This document shows, piece by piece, positions 9,463 through 23,865 of a stretch of 64,000 nucleotides of DNA (the stretch's first letter is position 1; each line of letters opens with the position of its first letter). The notes under the pieces are model-generated. The model saw only the letters and a list, made by a program, of their open reading frames with translations. It did no database searches and was not told the origin of the DNA. The DNA is from an uncultured Actinomycetes bacterium (GTDB taxonomy: Bacteria > Actinomycetota > Thermoleophilia > UBA2241), in contig CAVRZA010000006.1 in assembly GCA_963725665.1 (NCBI GenBank), forward strand, positions 160,001-224,000, given 5' to 3'. A program made the translations under genes and the position numbers.

Positions 9463-9640
9463 GGGTCGTCCCCTCCCGTTGAACCGCACAGACAAGCCTG
9501 AGTTCCGGGTGACTTGCAAGGCTCTGGGGCAAAGCCTGCGCGCCTCTACGTAGGACGTCACCGTCAGCGAAAGCGAGCGGCAGCTCGAGTGGGCGCCGAG
9601 GCCGGGCTGAGTCAGGCGACACGGTGCGGGCCGAGAGAGC

Positions 9641-9716
9641 TGGCTCCTCGGGCAGGACTCGAACCTGCAACCCTCCGGTTAACAGCCGGATGCTCTACCA
9701 ATTGAGCTACCGAGGA
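9641..9716 (-). tRNA. tRNA-Asn (GTT)
   Basis: TCCTCGGTAGCTCAATTGGTAGAGCATCCGGCTGTTAACCGGAGGGTTGCAGGTTCGAGTCCTGCCCGAGGAGCCA; cloverleaf, GTT anticodon, encoded CCA. Confidence 0.97.
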
Positions 9717-9733
9717 GCGCTCGAGGCCGGTCA

Positions 9734-9762
9734 ATTATAGGGGCCGCCCCAGGGGGCGGCAA
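9734..9762 (-). promoter_or_regulatory. Sigma-70-type promoter of tRNA-Asn
   Basis: TTGCCG-17 nt-TATAAT on the minus strand just upstream of the tRNA. Confidence 0.65.
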
Positions 9763-9815
9763 ACGAGGCCGCAGATCGCGACGAGCCGCCGGCGGAGCCG
9801 GCGGCTCACTCTCTC

Positions 9816-11255
9816 CTAGCGCTCCGGATGGTAGAAGCCATGCGGCACGTCGGCCGCGGCCGAGCCTACCGACTCGTGGCTGCGCGCGTAGCGTCGCGCC
9901 TCGGCCGTGAGCTTGGCCTCGAGCTCGGCGGCGACCTCTTCGAAGCCCGCCCGCCAGTAGCCGTCGTCGCCCGGCTCGAGATCACTCAGCGATGCGCTGG
10001 GCCGCACCGCCGTCGCCACCGTGAAGCTCGACGTAGCCTCCTTCCACCACTCCGGGTGGGCGATGAAGGTGCCGAAGCGGCGCTCGGCGGCGTCGATCTC
10101 GACGCCGGGAGCGCCGCCGGGAAAGTACGCCCAGGGCTCGCCGCGGAGGACCGTCGAGGCGTTGGGCAGCGAAGCCGACAGCTCGCCCAAGACGCCGATC
10201 GTCTCGGCCGCGGTCTCGCGCGTTTCGCCGGGCTGGCCGAACACCAGCCGCATCTCGCCGGGGATCCCCTTGGCGTTCGCGTAGCGCAGCACGTCGAGGG
10301 TGTGCGCCACGTGCTCCGAGGGTCGCGGGTCGATGCCCAGCGCTTCGACGAGCGGGCGCGCCAGCGTCTCGACGTCGAAGCGCACGCGCAGCATGCCGGC
10401 GTAGAGCCGGTCGAGATCGTCTCGCGTCACGTGGTCGGGGCGCGCGGTGACGACTAGCGGCACCGCGCGCCGATACTCCTTGGCGAGCTCCTCGAGCACT
10501 GAAGCCCGCCAGAGATTGTCGTATCCGAAGGTGGTGTCAACGACGTCGATCTCCCGCGGCTTGAGCTCAGCGAGCTGCGCGAGCAGGCGCAGCGCCACCT
10601 CGGGCGGGTAGGAGCGCCACCCGGCCTGGCCCGGCTGCGTCACGCACGAGGCGCAGTGGAAGGGACAGCCCCGGCTCAGGCTCACCGGGAGTGCGGGCAG
10701 ACCCTCCTCGATGTAGGGATACAAGGCGTAGTCGGGGGCCGTGTCCTCAGCCAGGGGAAACGGCGCGCACTCCGAAAAGCGGCAGCTCGTGGTGTCGCGA
10801 TCGCCCTCGCCCACGGCCCACGAGAGAGCCAGGAGCCCGTCCTCGGCCTCTCCGCCGAGCACCCAGTTGAACGGCGTCCCATCGAACGTGAACTCCTCAG
10901 GGCGAGACGAGGGGTGATAGCCGCCGACGGCGAGGACGGCGTCGGGGTGCAGCCTGCGTGCGAGCTCAGCCACGGCCAGCGTCGCGGAGTATTGCAGGCT
11001 CGACCAGCAGGAGACGGCGATGATGTCAGCGCTGCGCTCGCCCAGGAGCGCCTCGGCCTTCTCGAGGAAGGAGGTCTGTTCGCCTTCCTTGCAGGTTCCC
11101 AGCTCGACCCCGAGGTCGAGCACCTCGGTCTCCACGCCGTTCTTGCGCAGCCACGTGTGGATCGAGACCAGCTCGGGCTTGACGCGCGGGCGCACCGCCC
11201 AGGCGCCGCCCCAGAGCGAGGCCGGGTACACGAGCAGAACGCTTGCCGTCTTCAT
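9816..11255 (-). CDS. B12-binding-domain radical SAM protein
   Basis: N-terminal DIIAVSCWS...VLAVGGYHPS cobalamin-binding fold; SRGCPFHCASC; GQPGET. Confidence 0.85.
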   Translation of the reverse strand: MKTASVLLVYPASLWGGAWAVRPRVKPELVSIHTWLRKNGVETEVLDLGVELGTCKEGEQTSFLEKAEALLGERSADIIAVSCWSSLQYSATLAVAELARRLHPDAVLAVGGYHPSSRPEEFTFDGTPFNWVLGGEAEDGLLALSWAVGEGDRDTTSCRFSECAPFPLAEDTAPDYALYPYIEEGLPALPVSLSRGCPFHCASCVTQPGQAGWRSYPPEVALRLLAQLAELKPREIDVVDTTFGYDNLWRASVLEELAKEYRRAVPLVVTARPDHVTRDDLDRLYAGMLRVRFDVETLARPLVEALGIDPRPSEHVAHTLDVLRYANAKGIPGEMRLVFGQPGETRETAAETIGVLGELSASLPNASTVLRGEPWAYFPGGAPGVEIDAAERRFGTFIAHPEWWKEATSSFTVATAVRPSASLSDLEPGDDGYWRAGFEEVAAELEAKLTAEARRYARSHESVGSAAADVPHGFYHPER

Positions 11256-11356
11256 GCCTTCGTCACCTCTCAAAGGGGAGCCAGCCGGAGTCCCAGGACC
11301 CCACCTGCGCGGATCCTGCCGGGGCCGGTCGGCCACGACCCGGCAGACCTATTCTG

Positions 11357-11989
11357 TCACGGCGCCCACGGCGGCGGCCCAGCTCCGCGAAGGTTGTCTC
11401 CGTGACCGAGGAGCTCGAGGGCGGTCGGGTCGGTGGCGAGGAGCGAGAAGACGACGTTGTCGCCGCGCCTGCCCTTGATCAGCGTGTTGGCGCGCAGGAT
11501 GCCCTCCTCGCGAAAACCGCAGGCCCGTGCGACGGCGAGCGACGCCTCGTTCTCGACGTCGGGCACGATCTCGAGCCGGAACAGCCCCAGCTCGGCGAAG
11601 GCCCAGCGGGCGAGAAGGCGCACGGCTCGGGTGGCCACTCCGGTGCGGCGCGCCGAGGCGGCGACCCAGTAGCCGATCTCGGCGCGCTCGTCCTCCCACT
11701 CGATCGAGACCAGGCCGATTGCACCCACCAGTTCGCCGGTGCGCGCCTCGACGACCGCCAAGCCCGCCTGCTCGCCCGCCTGCCACGCAACCTCTTGGCG
11801 CGCCACGTGCTCGCGCGCGTCTTGCCCGGCGTAGGGAGTGGGAACGCGCGTCCAGCGGGGTATCTCGGGGTCCTGCACGCAAGCGCTGATGGCCGGCACG
11901 TCGGCCTCGGTCAAGCGCCGCAGCGTCACGACGCCGTCGCTCAACGGCCGGAAGTGCAGCGGCAGGCGGTGCCCGGCGGCGTGCGACAT
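11357..11989 (-). CDS. GNAT N-acetyltransferase, RimJ/RimL family
   Basis: LVGAIGL, AEIGYWVAASARRTGVATRA, ENEASLAVARACGFREEG. Confidence 0.9.
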   Translation of the reverse strand: MSHAAGHRLPLHFRPLSDGVVTLRRLTEADVPAISACVQDPEIPRWTRVPTPYAGQDAREHVARQEVAWQAGEQAGLAVVEARTGELVGAIGLVSIEWEDERAEIGYWVAASARRTGVATRAVRLLARWAFAELGLFRLEIVPDVENEASLAVARACGFREEGILRANTLIKGRRGDNVVFSLLATDPTALELLGHGDNLRGAGPPPWAP

Positions 11990-11994
11990 GGAGA

Positions 11995-12348
11995 CTAGGC
12001 CAGCACGTGCAGCGCCGCCGTCACGACGGCGAGCGTGACGGCGGCGAAGAGCGTCGCCTCTCCGAGTGCGCCCGCGGCGCGCGAGATCGACGCCTTCCTG
12101 CGGTCGGCGTCGATCTCGCGCGCCCCGAACCCCTCGGTGAACAGGCCGAACTGAATCACACCGAGGATGCCGATCACGGCGCCGCCAGCGGCGAAGCCGA
12201 GCGCCACGGCGCAGAGCAGAAGTAGCGCCCACCAGGGCAGCGACCCGCTCACCAGCAAGATTATGACGAGGACGACGAGGAAGGCCGCCGCGAGGGCCAA
12301 GGCGAGGCCGACTCTAGGATGGTTGGCTTCTCGTTCGCGCGACGACAC
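11995..12348 (-). CDS. Hypothetical membrane protein
   Basis: Three hydrophobic segments; fills the gap between rpoD and the GNAT gene. Confidence 0.6.
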   Translation of the reverse strand: MSSREREANHPRVGLALALAAAFLVVLVIILLVSGSLPWWALLLLCAVALGFAAGGAVIGILGVIQFGLFTEGFGAREIDADRRKASISRAAGALGEATLFAAVTLAVVTAALHVLA

Positions 12349-12396
12349 GGCGCTACATCCTACCCTTGATGGACGGCTGGCACGACGAGCGTGCCG

Positions 12397-13506
12397 CTAG
12401 TCGAGGAAGTCGCGTAAGCGCTGCGAGTCGCGGTAGCTCTTGAGCTTGGCGAGGGTCTTGGCCTCGATCTGCCGTATACGCTCGCGGGTGACGCCGAACT
12501 TCTGCCCGACCTCCTCGAGGGTGCGCGGGTGCTCGCCCTTGAGCCCGAAGCGCAGCTCGATGACCTTGCGTTCACGGTGCGTCAGCGTGCCCAGCACGTT
12601 GTTGAGCTCTTCCTTCTGCATGATCTCGCTGACGGCCTCGACCGGCATGGTCGCGTCCTCGTCCTCGATGAAGTCACCGAGCTGCGAGTCCTCTTCCTCG
12701 CCGATCGGCGTCTCGAGGCTCACCGGCTCCTGGCTGATCTTGAGGATCTCGCGCACCTTCGCCGGCGTCGTGCCCATCTCGGTGGCGATCTCTTCGGGCG
12801 TTGGCTCGCGACCCATGTCCTGCAGGAGCTGGCGCTGCACGCGGATCAGCTTGTTGATCGTCTCGACCATGTGCACCGGTATGCGGATGGTGCGCGCCTG
12901 GTCGGCGATGGCGCGGGTGATCGCCTGCCTGATCCACCAGGTGGCGTAGGTCGAGAACTTGTAGCCCTTGCGGTAGTCGAACTTCTCGACCGCGCGGATG
13001 AGGCCCAGGTTGCCCTCCTGGATGAGGTCGAGGAAGAGCATGCCGCGGCCCACGTAACGCTTGGCGATGGAGACGACGAGGCGCAGGTTCGCCTCGATCA
13101 GCTTGCGCTTGGCCTCCATGTCGCGGCGCTCGATGCGCTTCGCCAGCGAGACCTCTTCTTCGGCCGTGAGCAGCGGCACCTTGCCGATCTCCTTGAGGTA
13201 CATGCGCACCGGGTCGTTGGTCGGCGTCTTCACCGAGAGGTCGAGCTTGGGGATGACCTCCTCTTCGGCCTTGGCCTCCTGGCCGTCCTGCCCCGGCGTC
13301 TCGTCGCCCTCGAGGATGTCGATCCCGAGGTCGTTGAAGAGGATGAAGATGTTATCGATCTGGTCGGTCGTCAGATCGACGTCTTGCAGCGTGTCGTGCA
13401 CGTGGTCGGCGTTCAGGTAGCCCTGTTCGCGCCCCTCGGCCACGAGGTCTCTCACCTCTTCGATGGCCAGCTCCGGTGCGTCGGTCGGCTGGCGCTCTTC
13501 TGACAT
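12397..13506 (-). CDS. rpoD: RNA polymerase primary sigma factor
   Basis: [79 protein letters not shown]. Confidence 0.98.
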   Translation of the reverse strand: MSEERQPTDAPELAIEEVRDLVAEGREQGYLNADHVHDTLQDVDLTTDQIDNIFILFNDLGIDILEGDETPGQDGQEAKAEEEVIPKLDLSVKTPTNDPVRMYLKEIGKVPLLTAEEEVSLAKRIERRDMEAKRKLIEANLRLVVSIAKRYVGRGMLFLDLIQEGNLGLIRAVEKFDYRKGYKFSTYATWWIRQAITRAIADQARTIRIPVHMVETINKLIRVQRQLLQDMGREPTPEEIATEMGTTPAKVREILKISQEPVSLETPIGEEEDSQLGDFIEDEDATMPVEAVSEIMQKEELNNVLGTLTHRERKVIELRFGLKGEHPRTLEEVGQKFGVTRERIRQIEAKTLAKLKSYRDSQRLRDFLD

Positions 13507-13524
13507 GTCACTCACTGCGCCCAT

Positions 13525-15339
13525 CTACTCCTCTACAGGGATGAGTCGAATCGCCTCGCGAACCTCGCGTCGCATGCTCTCGAGCTCTACGAGCTTCGCC
13601 TCCTCCACCTCAGTCTCGTCAGCCGATAGCGATATCTTGAGCCTCGCTATCAGCCGTCCGAGGTGCGCCTCTTGGATGCGCAGCGCGAGCTCCTCGAGGA
13701 CGCGCGCGCTGAACACCTCTTGCCCGGACCGCAGCACGACTTCGGGCAGCAGCGACTCGCGGGCTTCCTCCTCTTCCCTCTCGGGCTCCGGTATCTTCTT
13801 CCCGAGGGCAGACGGGTTCAACCGTGAAACCACCTGCTCGTACGCCTGTCTTGTGAGGCGCGACGAGAAGAAGGAGGCGTCGGTCGCCGCCAGGTAGATC
13901 CGACCCTGCTCAGGCAGTGCGAGGCAGCCCGCCAGGAAACGGATCTCGAGCTCGTGCGTGCCCGTCAAGACGCGGCCTTCACGCGTCGCGCCCGTCGCCG
14001 TCGCCCGCGCTGCCCGGCCGGCCAGCCCCCGCTCGCGCGCCGCGGCCTCGGGCGCGCTCAGCAGGTAGCGGATGTTCTCCTCAGAGAGCCGCAGCCTGTC
14101 GGCGACGTAGCGCACCTCCTCGTCCAGCTCCAGCGGGCTCGCCGCCTCAGCGAGGACGCCCTTCAAGGAGGTGAACGCTGCGATGCGTCCCTCGGGCGTC
14201 GCCAGGTCGCGAGAGGCGAGGACGGTGCGAATTTTGAACTTTAACAACGTCTCCGCCTCGGCCGCAAGGGCTTTGAAAGCGCCCCCATCGCCCCCTGAGA
14301 GGATGAAGTCGGCGGGGTCGAGCCCGTCGGGCACGCGCACGACGCGCAGCGTGATGCCCAGGGAACGGCCGACGCTGAGAGCGCGGCTCATGGCGCCCTG
14401 GCCGGCCGCGTCGGCGTCGAAGCACAGGTAGAGGTTGCGGGTGAGCCTCACCATGCGCTTGAGCTGCTCCTCGGTGAGAGCGGTGCCCATCGAGGCGACC
14501 ACGTTGCGGATGCCGGCCTGCGCCAGCGCTAGCACGTCGGTGTAGCCCTCGACCACGAAGAGCGCATCCTCTCGCGACGCCGCCTGCTTAGCCTTGTCGA
14601 GCCCGAAGAGCGCCTCGCTCTTGTGGTAGAGCGGCGTCTCGGGCGAGTTCAGGTACTTGGGCTTCTCGTCACCCAGCGTGCGCGCCCCGAAGCCGAGCAC
14701 GCGCCCGCGCTCGTCGGTGAGGGGGAACATGATTCGACCGCGGAAGCGGTCGTAGCCCGTGCCGCGCTTGCCCGGCACGGTGAGACCGGCGTCGAGGAGC
14801 TCGCGCTCGCTGAACCCCTTCGCGAGGGCCGCGTCGCGCAGCTTCGACCAGGTGGCGAAGGAGAAGCCGAGCCGGTACTCCTTCGCCGCCTCCTCCGCGA
14901 GCCCGCGCTGTGCGAGGTAGGCGCGCGCGGCCTCGGCCGCGCGTGCCTCCCAGAGCACGCGCTCGTAGTAGGCGCAGGCCTGCTCGAGCAGATTGCGCAA
15001 GCGCTCGCGTCGGCGGCGGTCGGCGTCGGTTGCGCCGCTCTCCTCGTAGCGCAGACTGATGCCGTAGCGGTCGGCGAGGGTCTCGACGGCTTCGGCGAAG
15101 GTCAGGCTCTCGACCTTCTGCACGAAGCCGAGCAGATCGCCGCCCTCGCCGCAGCCGAAGCAGTAGTAGAGCTTCTCCACGGGGTCGACCGAGAACGAGG
15201 GCGTCTTCTCCTGGTGGAAGGGGCACAGGCCGGTGTAGTTGGCGCCGGCCTTCTTGAGCTGCGTGTGCAGACCCACGACCTCGAGCATGTCGGCGGTCTG
15301 GACCACCTCCTCAACGCTTGCCTTCTCGATGCGCGCCAT
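13525..15339 (-). CDS. dnaG: DNA primase
   Basis: CPFHQEKTPSF...CFGC zinc finger, DRFRGRIMFP, KYLNSPET, VEGYTDV, FDADAAG. Confidence 0.97.
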   Translation of the reverse strand: MARIEKASVEEVVQTADMLEVVGLHTQLKKAGANYTGLCPFHQEKTPSFSVDPVEKLYYCFGCGEGGDLLGFVQKVESLTFAEAVETLADRYGISLRYEESGATDADRRRRERLRNLLEQACAYYERVLWEARAAEAARAYLAQRGLAEEAAKEYRLGFSFATWSKLRDAALAKGFSERELLDAGLTVPGKRGTGYDRFRGRIMFPLTDERGRVLGFGARTLGDEKPKYLNSPETPLYHKSEALFGLDKAKQAASREDALFVVEGYTDVLALAQAGIRNVVASMGTALTEEQLKRMVRLTRNLYLCFDADAAGQGAMSRALSVGRSLGITLRVVRVPDGLDPADFILSGGDGGAFKALAAEAETLLKFKIRTVLASRDLATPEGRIAAFTSLKGVLAEAASPLELDEEVRYVADRLRLSEENIRYLLSAPEAAARERGLAGRAARATATGATREGRVLTGTHELEIRFLAGCLALPEQGRIYLAATDASFFSSRLTRQAYEQVVSRLNPSALGKKIPEPEREEEEARESLLPEVVLRSGQEVFSARVLEELALRIQEAHLGRLIARLKISLSADETEVEEAKLVELESMRREVREAIRLIPVEE

Positions 15340-15347
15340 CCTCCCCG

Positions 15348-15848
15348 TCACCCGGCCTTTGGACGCCGCCGGCCTTCGCCCGCTTCGGAGTCGCGGTCGG
15401 CCGCCGGGGGCTCAGTGCCAGGAGTCTCGTCCGGCTGATCCGACGCGGCGTCTTTGGCGGCGGCTCGTGGCCGGCGCGCGGCGCGCGAGCGTTCACGCTC
15501 GCGCGCCGCGCGCTGCGCCGCGAGCTGAGCGGACTCCTCCGCGGCCATGGCGTTCGCGGTGGCGCGACGACGCAGCTCCTCGCGCCGCCGCGGCCGCTTG
15601 GGCGCGCGATCCATCGCCCGGTAGTGCAGGCCCAGGCGATCGTAGACGAAGACGAGGCCGACGACCGTCGCCGGCAGCCACACGACGTAGACGAGCACGA
15701 GAATGACGTAGATGCCGGCGCCTTTGCCCAGCATGCTGGCGAGGAAGTCGGTCTGGTACCAGCCCAGCGCGACGGTGAGGATGATCGGCAGCGCCGCGAT
15801 CACCACCGCCACGGCAGTCACCACGATGAGCAAACGACGGCGGCCCAT
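15348..15848 (-). CDS. Hypothetical membrane protein
   Basis: Two N-terminal TM segments and a charged tail; start overlaps the upstream GNAT stop. Confidence 0.55.
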   Translation of the reverse strand: MGRRRLLIVVTAVAVVIAALPIILTVALGWYQTDFLASMLGKGAGIYVILVLVYVVWLPATVVGLVFVYDRLGLHYRAMDRAPKRPRRREELRRRATANAMAAEESAQLAAQRAARERERSRAARRPRAAAKDAASDQPDETPGTEPPAADRDSEAGEGRRRPKAG

Positions 15849-16435
15849 CAGCGACCCTCAGTCGGGGGCGATGTCCAGACGAAGCTCTCGTCGAGCAGGC
15901 GCCCCATGAGCACCTCGTCGAGCCGCCTGCCGGCGCGCACGAACTGGTCTCGCCGAAGCCCCTCGCGCACGAAGCCCTTGGCCTCGTAGAAGCGGATCGC
16001 CGCGGCGTTGTGAGGAAAGACGCTCAGGGTGATCTTGCGGCAACCGTGGCGGTGCGCCCAGTCGGCGGCGATCTCGAAGAGTGAGCCGCCCACGCCGAGT
16101 GCGCGCCACGACCGGCCGACCGACATGCCTATCGTGGAGACGTGCGCGGAGCAGGGGTGAGGATCGGGACGCAGACCGAGGTTGCCGACGAGCCTCTGGC
16201 CAACCTCGGCCACGAGCAGCAGCGAGTGCGGATCGGCGGCGGCGTCGGTGATGCGACGCCGCCAGGCGCCCACCCCGAACTGCCCGGGCAGCACCAGGAG
16301 CGCCACATCGGGCTCCGCCGCCACGGCGTCGATGAGCCGGCGCAGCCGGCCGGCGTCGGCGGGCACGGCGGAGCGCACGACGGCCTCGCGGCCGTCGCGC
16401 AGCGTGACGTGCCGGGCTCGCCGCAGCACCGCCAC
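15848..16435 (-). CDS. GNAT N-acetyltransferase
   Basis: IGMSVGRSWRALGVGGSL, LSVFPHNAAAIRFYEAKGFVREG. Confidence 0.88.
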   Translation of the reverse strand: MAVLRRARHVTLRDGREAVVRSAVPADAGRLRRLIDAVAAEPDVALLVLPGQFGVGAWRRRITDAAADPHSLLLVAEVGQRLVGNLGLRPDPHPCSAHVSTIGMSVGRSWRALGVGGSLFEIAADWAHRHGCRKITLSVFPHNAAAIRFYEAKGFVREGLRRDQFVRAGRRLDEVLMGRLLDESFVWTSPPTEGR

Positions 16436-16535
16436 GCGCCTGCACCTCCTCGACGTCGCTTGCCCTACGGACCTCGGCCCGCGGGGATGAGGCGCCGGTC
16501 CGGCGACTCGTCCCCGCGGCCCCTTCTTCGGCCGG

Positions 16536-19253
<2,718 letters not shown>

Positions 19254-19350
19254 GCCATCCTCCTGGTCTAGAGCGACCCCGGACGGGATCGCGCCAGCTT
19301 GTGTCGCATCTGTCTGTCTCGGCCCGCGGTGCTCTAAGGTCGCCAGCGTC

Positions 19351-21539
19351 CTAGGTCGCCTGCACCGGCAGTCGGCCGAAGTCGCCGATCACGCGCAGCA
19401 CCGCCGTCGTCTCGGCGAGCTGCGCGAGGCGGTTCTCGCGCAGGTCTTGCTCGGGAGCCATCACGAGGACGTCGTCGAAGTAGCGGTCGACGACGGGTCG
19501 CAGGCGCGCCGCGGCTGCGACCGCCTCGTCGACCGCGAGGTCGGCCAGCGCCTGCGCGGCGCTCTCGGCCACCGCCTTGGTCGTCTCCTCCAGCTCGCCC
19601 TCGACGGGGTCCATGAAGAGCGCCGCGTCGACCGCTCGCGCCTGCGCGGCGCCCTTGGCGGCCAGCGAGGCGCAGCGGTTGAAGGCCACCACCACGTCCT
19701 CGAAGGTATCGCCCCCGGCGAGCGCGGCGAAACGCCGCGCTCGCGCGGCCTTTGCCGGTGCGTCGCCGACCGTCGCGCCCATGGCCGCCTCGACGAGCGG
19801 GAAGGGCAACCCCTCGTCGAGGAGGAGGCCCTCGAGGCGCTCCCAGACGAAGGCGGCTGAATCGGCGACGATGGCCTCGTCGGGCTGCGGGCGCGACACG
19901 CCTTGCTCGTCGTAGGCAGCCAGCGCAGCGGCTAGCAGCCGCTCGACGCCGAACCTCAAGCGGTACTCGAGCGCGATGCGCACGATGCCCATGGCGGCCC
20001 GACGCAGCCCGTAGGGGTCGCGCGAGCCCGAGGGCTTCTCGCCGGCGACCCAGGCGCCGACGATGTTGTCGGCCTTGTCGGCCACGGCGAGCAGCGCCCC
20101 CTGCAGGGTCGCCGGCAGCGGCGCCACCGCCGAGAGCGGCAGGTAGTGCTGAGAGATCGCCTGCGCGACGGCCGGCGGCAAGCCGGCGGCCGTCGCGTAG
20201 ATGCCTCCCATCGTCCCCTGCAGCGTGGGGAACTCCTGCACCATCTGGCTCACGAGGTCGGCTTTGGCCAGGGCGGCGGCCTCCTCGAGCGCGAACTTGT
20301 CCGCCTGCGCGCGCTCGGCGAGCCAGCTCGCCAGCGCGCGCAGGCGGACGGCCTTGTCGGCGAGCGAGCCGAGCTTCTCGTGGAAGGTCACATCCTCCAG
20401 CCCGCTGGCCATCTCGAGCAGGCCACGGTCGAGGTCGCGGTCGTACGAGAACTCGGCGTCGTCGAGACGTCCCTCGAGAACGCGCTCGTTGCCCTTGGTG
20501 ATGAGCTCGGCCGCCGAGGGGTCGGCGTTGGAGACGTAGAGGAACGCCGGCAACAGGTCTCGGTCTTCGCGGCGCACGGGGAAGTAGCGCTGATGGCTCT
20601 GCATGGCGGTGATGAGCACCTCGGCCGGCAGGCGCAGGTGGCGCGCGTCGAACGCGCCGGACAGCACCGTCGGCCACTCGGCCAGGTAGACGTTCTCGGC
20701 CAGCACATCGCCGGGGTCGAACCACGCGCCGCCGACCCGCGCCGCCTGCTCCTCGAGGCCCGCGATGATGGCCGCCCGGCGTTCATCCTGGTCGACCACG
20801 ACCTTCTGCTCGCGCAGGTGCTCCTCGTAGTGCTCGGCGCGGTCGATGATCACCGGGGCGCCGAGCACGCGGTGCCCCTGCGTGACATCGCCGGCGAGGA
20901 GCCCATAGAAGCGAAACGAGAGCGTGTCGTCCCCGAGCTTGCACAGGAGCCAGCGGATGGGACGCGAGAAGCGCAGGTACTCGTCGGCGTCGGCGGGTCT
21001 TCTGTCCCAGCGCATGCCGCGTGGCATCTGCAGGCCGGCGATGAGGCGGCCGGCGAGCTCCGGCAGGACCTCCGCCGCCGGCCGCCGCTCGGCCTCGACC
21101 TCGGCGACGGCGAACTCGGTGCCGTCGATGACCTCGCGACGCAGCGCGCCGGGCTCGATGCCGCGCGAGCGCGCGAAGCCGAGCCCGGCCTTGGTCGGCG
21201 CGCCGGCGTCGTCGAAGGCCACGGCGGCGCGCGGGCCACGGTAGAGCGTCGTCTCGGGCGTCTGGTCGTCGGGCACCTCGCGCAGCAGCACGGCGATGCG
21301 CCGCGGGGCCACCATCACGCGCAGGGCGTCGCCGGCGAAGCCTTCGCACGGCGCCCCGTCCGTATCGGTGACGTCGTACTCGCGCGGGCGCACGACCTCG
21401 GGGGCGAGGAGCCGGGCCTCCTGGAAGAGCTTGAAGACGAGGCCCGGCTCCTCGCCCGACCCGCGCAGCTGCTTCAGGACCGACTCGCAGACCGTAGCCG
21501 GCAGCTCCTCGCAGCCGATCTCGAATAGGAAGGGCGGCA

Positions 21540-21543
<4 letters not shown>
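19351..21543 (-). CDS. glyS: Glycine-tRNA ligase beta subunit
   Basis: [59 protein letters not shown]. Confidence 0.95.
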
Positions 21544-22493
<950 letters not shown>

Positions 22494-22602
22494 CGGGCAC
22501 TCCGCATGCAAAACGGGGATTGTATCAAGCGCGCTCGGACACCAACAAGGCGGCCGCCGATCAGGCGTCTCTCCAACGGCCGCTGATCGCCTGGCCGGAA
22601 GG

Positions 22603-23748
22603 CTACGCCGGGCGGCCCCACTCCCTCGCCACGGTGGCCCAAGCCCTGTCGTAGACGGCGCCGAACGAGCCGAGATCAGCCAGCCACTGGCCGTGGGCGA
22701 GCTGCAGGTCGCTGCGCGCGAAGGAGCGCTCGAGCGTCGGCAGGTACTTCCAGGCCTCAGGTTCGGCCGACTGAGTCCCGAGACGCTCGGCGACTCCACG
22801 TTGCACGCCGGGCCGCAGACAGAAGTCGAGGAAGGCATGAGCAGCGAGGGGGTTGGCCGTCGCGCGTGCCACGCACAGGACACGGGTGTCGATCTCGAAC
22901 CCGTCGGCCGGCAGGACGAAGTGCACACCGCCGCCGGGTGCACTCCTTGCTGCCCTCAGCGCCTGGGAACTCCAGCAGACGGCGACCGGCGCGCCGCCCC
23001 TGTCCGGGCCGGGCTCTCGCAGATTCGTCTTGAGAGCGATCAGGCGTCCCACAGCGCGATCGATCTGGCGCCTGTCGGTCGAATCGAGGGGGAGCCCCAG
23101 GGAGAGGAGCCCGATACCGATGACCGAACGCCCGCGGGCGTCGACTCGCACACCTCCTCGGAACCGCGGCTGCCAGAGGTCGGCCCAGGTGCGCGCCGGC
23201 GCACCGCCGAGCGCTCCCGGCTGCACGGCCAGACCGAGTGTCTCGAACTGGAACGGGACCGAGTACCTCGCCGGGTCACCGCGATCGTACGGCGGCGCAC
23301 GGAACGCTCCCTGCACGTAGTCGAAGTTGCCCACGAGTGTCATGTCGAGCGGCAGGAGCAGGCCCTCGCCGGCGAGACCGGGGACGAGACCGTCGGCCAT
23401 CACGAGGACGTCGTACGAGGCGACGCCCCTCAAAGACTCGGGCAACGCCACACCGTCGGCCGGCGCGGCCGCGCGAACGGCCACACCGGTGCGCCGCGAA
23501 AAGGCCTTCAGGACTACGGCGTCGATAGGGGCGGCTGGCGCGAGGAGCCGCACCGCACCGGTCGGGGAAGGTGTCGGCGACGGCGGCAGCGTCGAGCCCG
23601 ACGGCGCGAAGGTGGCTCTGCTGCAAGCGCTCGGCCAGTCGGCCAGGATAGTCGCTGAGAGGCCGGCGAAAACGAGCCGACGTACGAACGCCGCACGCGT
23701 CAGAGTGACGCCGTCGTCTTGCGCCCCGCTCTGAGATCCAGAGGCCAC
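22603..23748 (-). CDS. PotD/PotF-like ABC substrate-binding protein (divergent)
   Basis: [46 protein letters not shown]; Tat-like TRAAFVRR leader; own -10 TACAAT at 23780-23785. Confidence 0.75.
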   Translation of the reverse strand: MASGSQSGAQDDGVTLTRAAFVRRLVFAGLSATILADWPSACSRATFAPSGSTLPPSPTPSPTGAVRLLAPAAPIDAVVLKAFSRRTGVAVRAAAPADGVALPESLRGVASYDVLVMADGLVPGLAGEGLLLPLDMTLVGNFDYVQGAFRAPPYDRGDPARYSVPFQFETLGLAVQPGALGGAPARTWADLWQPRFRGGVRVDARGRSVIGIGLLSLGLPLDSTDRRQIDRAVGRLIALKTNLREPGPDRGGAPVAVCWSSQALRAARSAPGGGVHFVLPADGFEIDTRVLCVARATANPLAAHAFLDFCLRPGVQRGVAERLGTQSAEPEAWKYLPTLERSFARSDLQLAHGQWLADLGSFGAVYDRAWATVAREWGRPA

Positions 23749-23865
23749 GTCCCTCCCCCCTGATTGCGTACCTGATCCGATTGTACGCGGGGTTGACGCC
23801 TCTACACGGAGAGGATCACGAAGCGCACGCACGATCAACACGGTGCCTCAGGGTGTCTGAAACGC

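Noticed and set aside
9480-9560. GGGCAAAGCC resembling a c-di-GMP-I riboswitch
   Set aside because: Lacks the GGCAAAC/GNRA/receptor arrangement and has no co-oriented downstream gene
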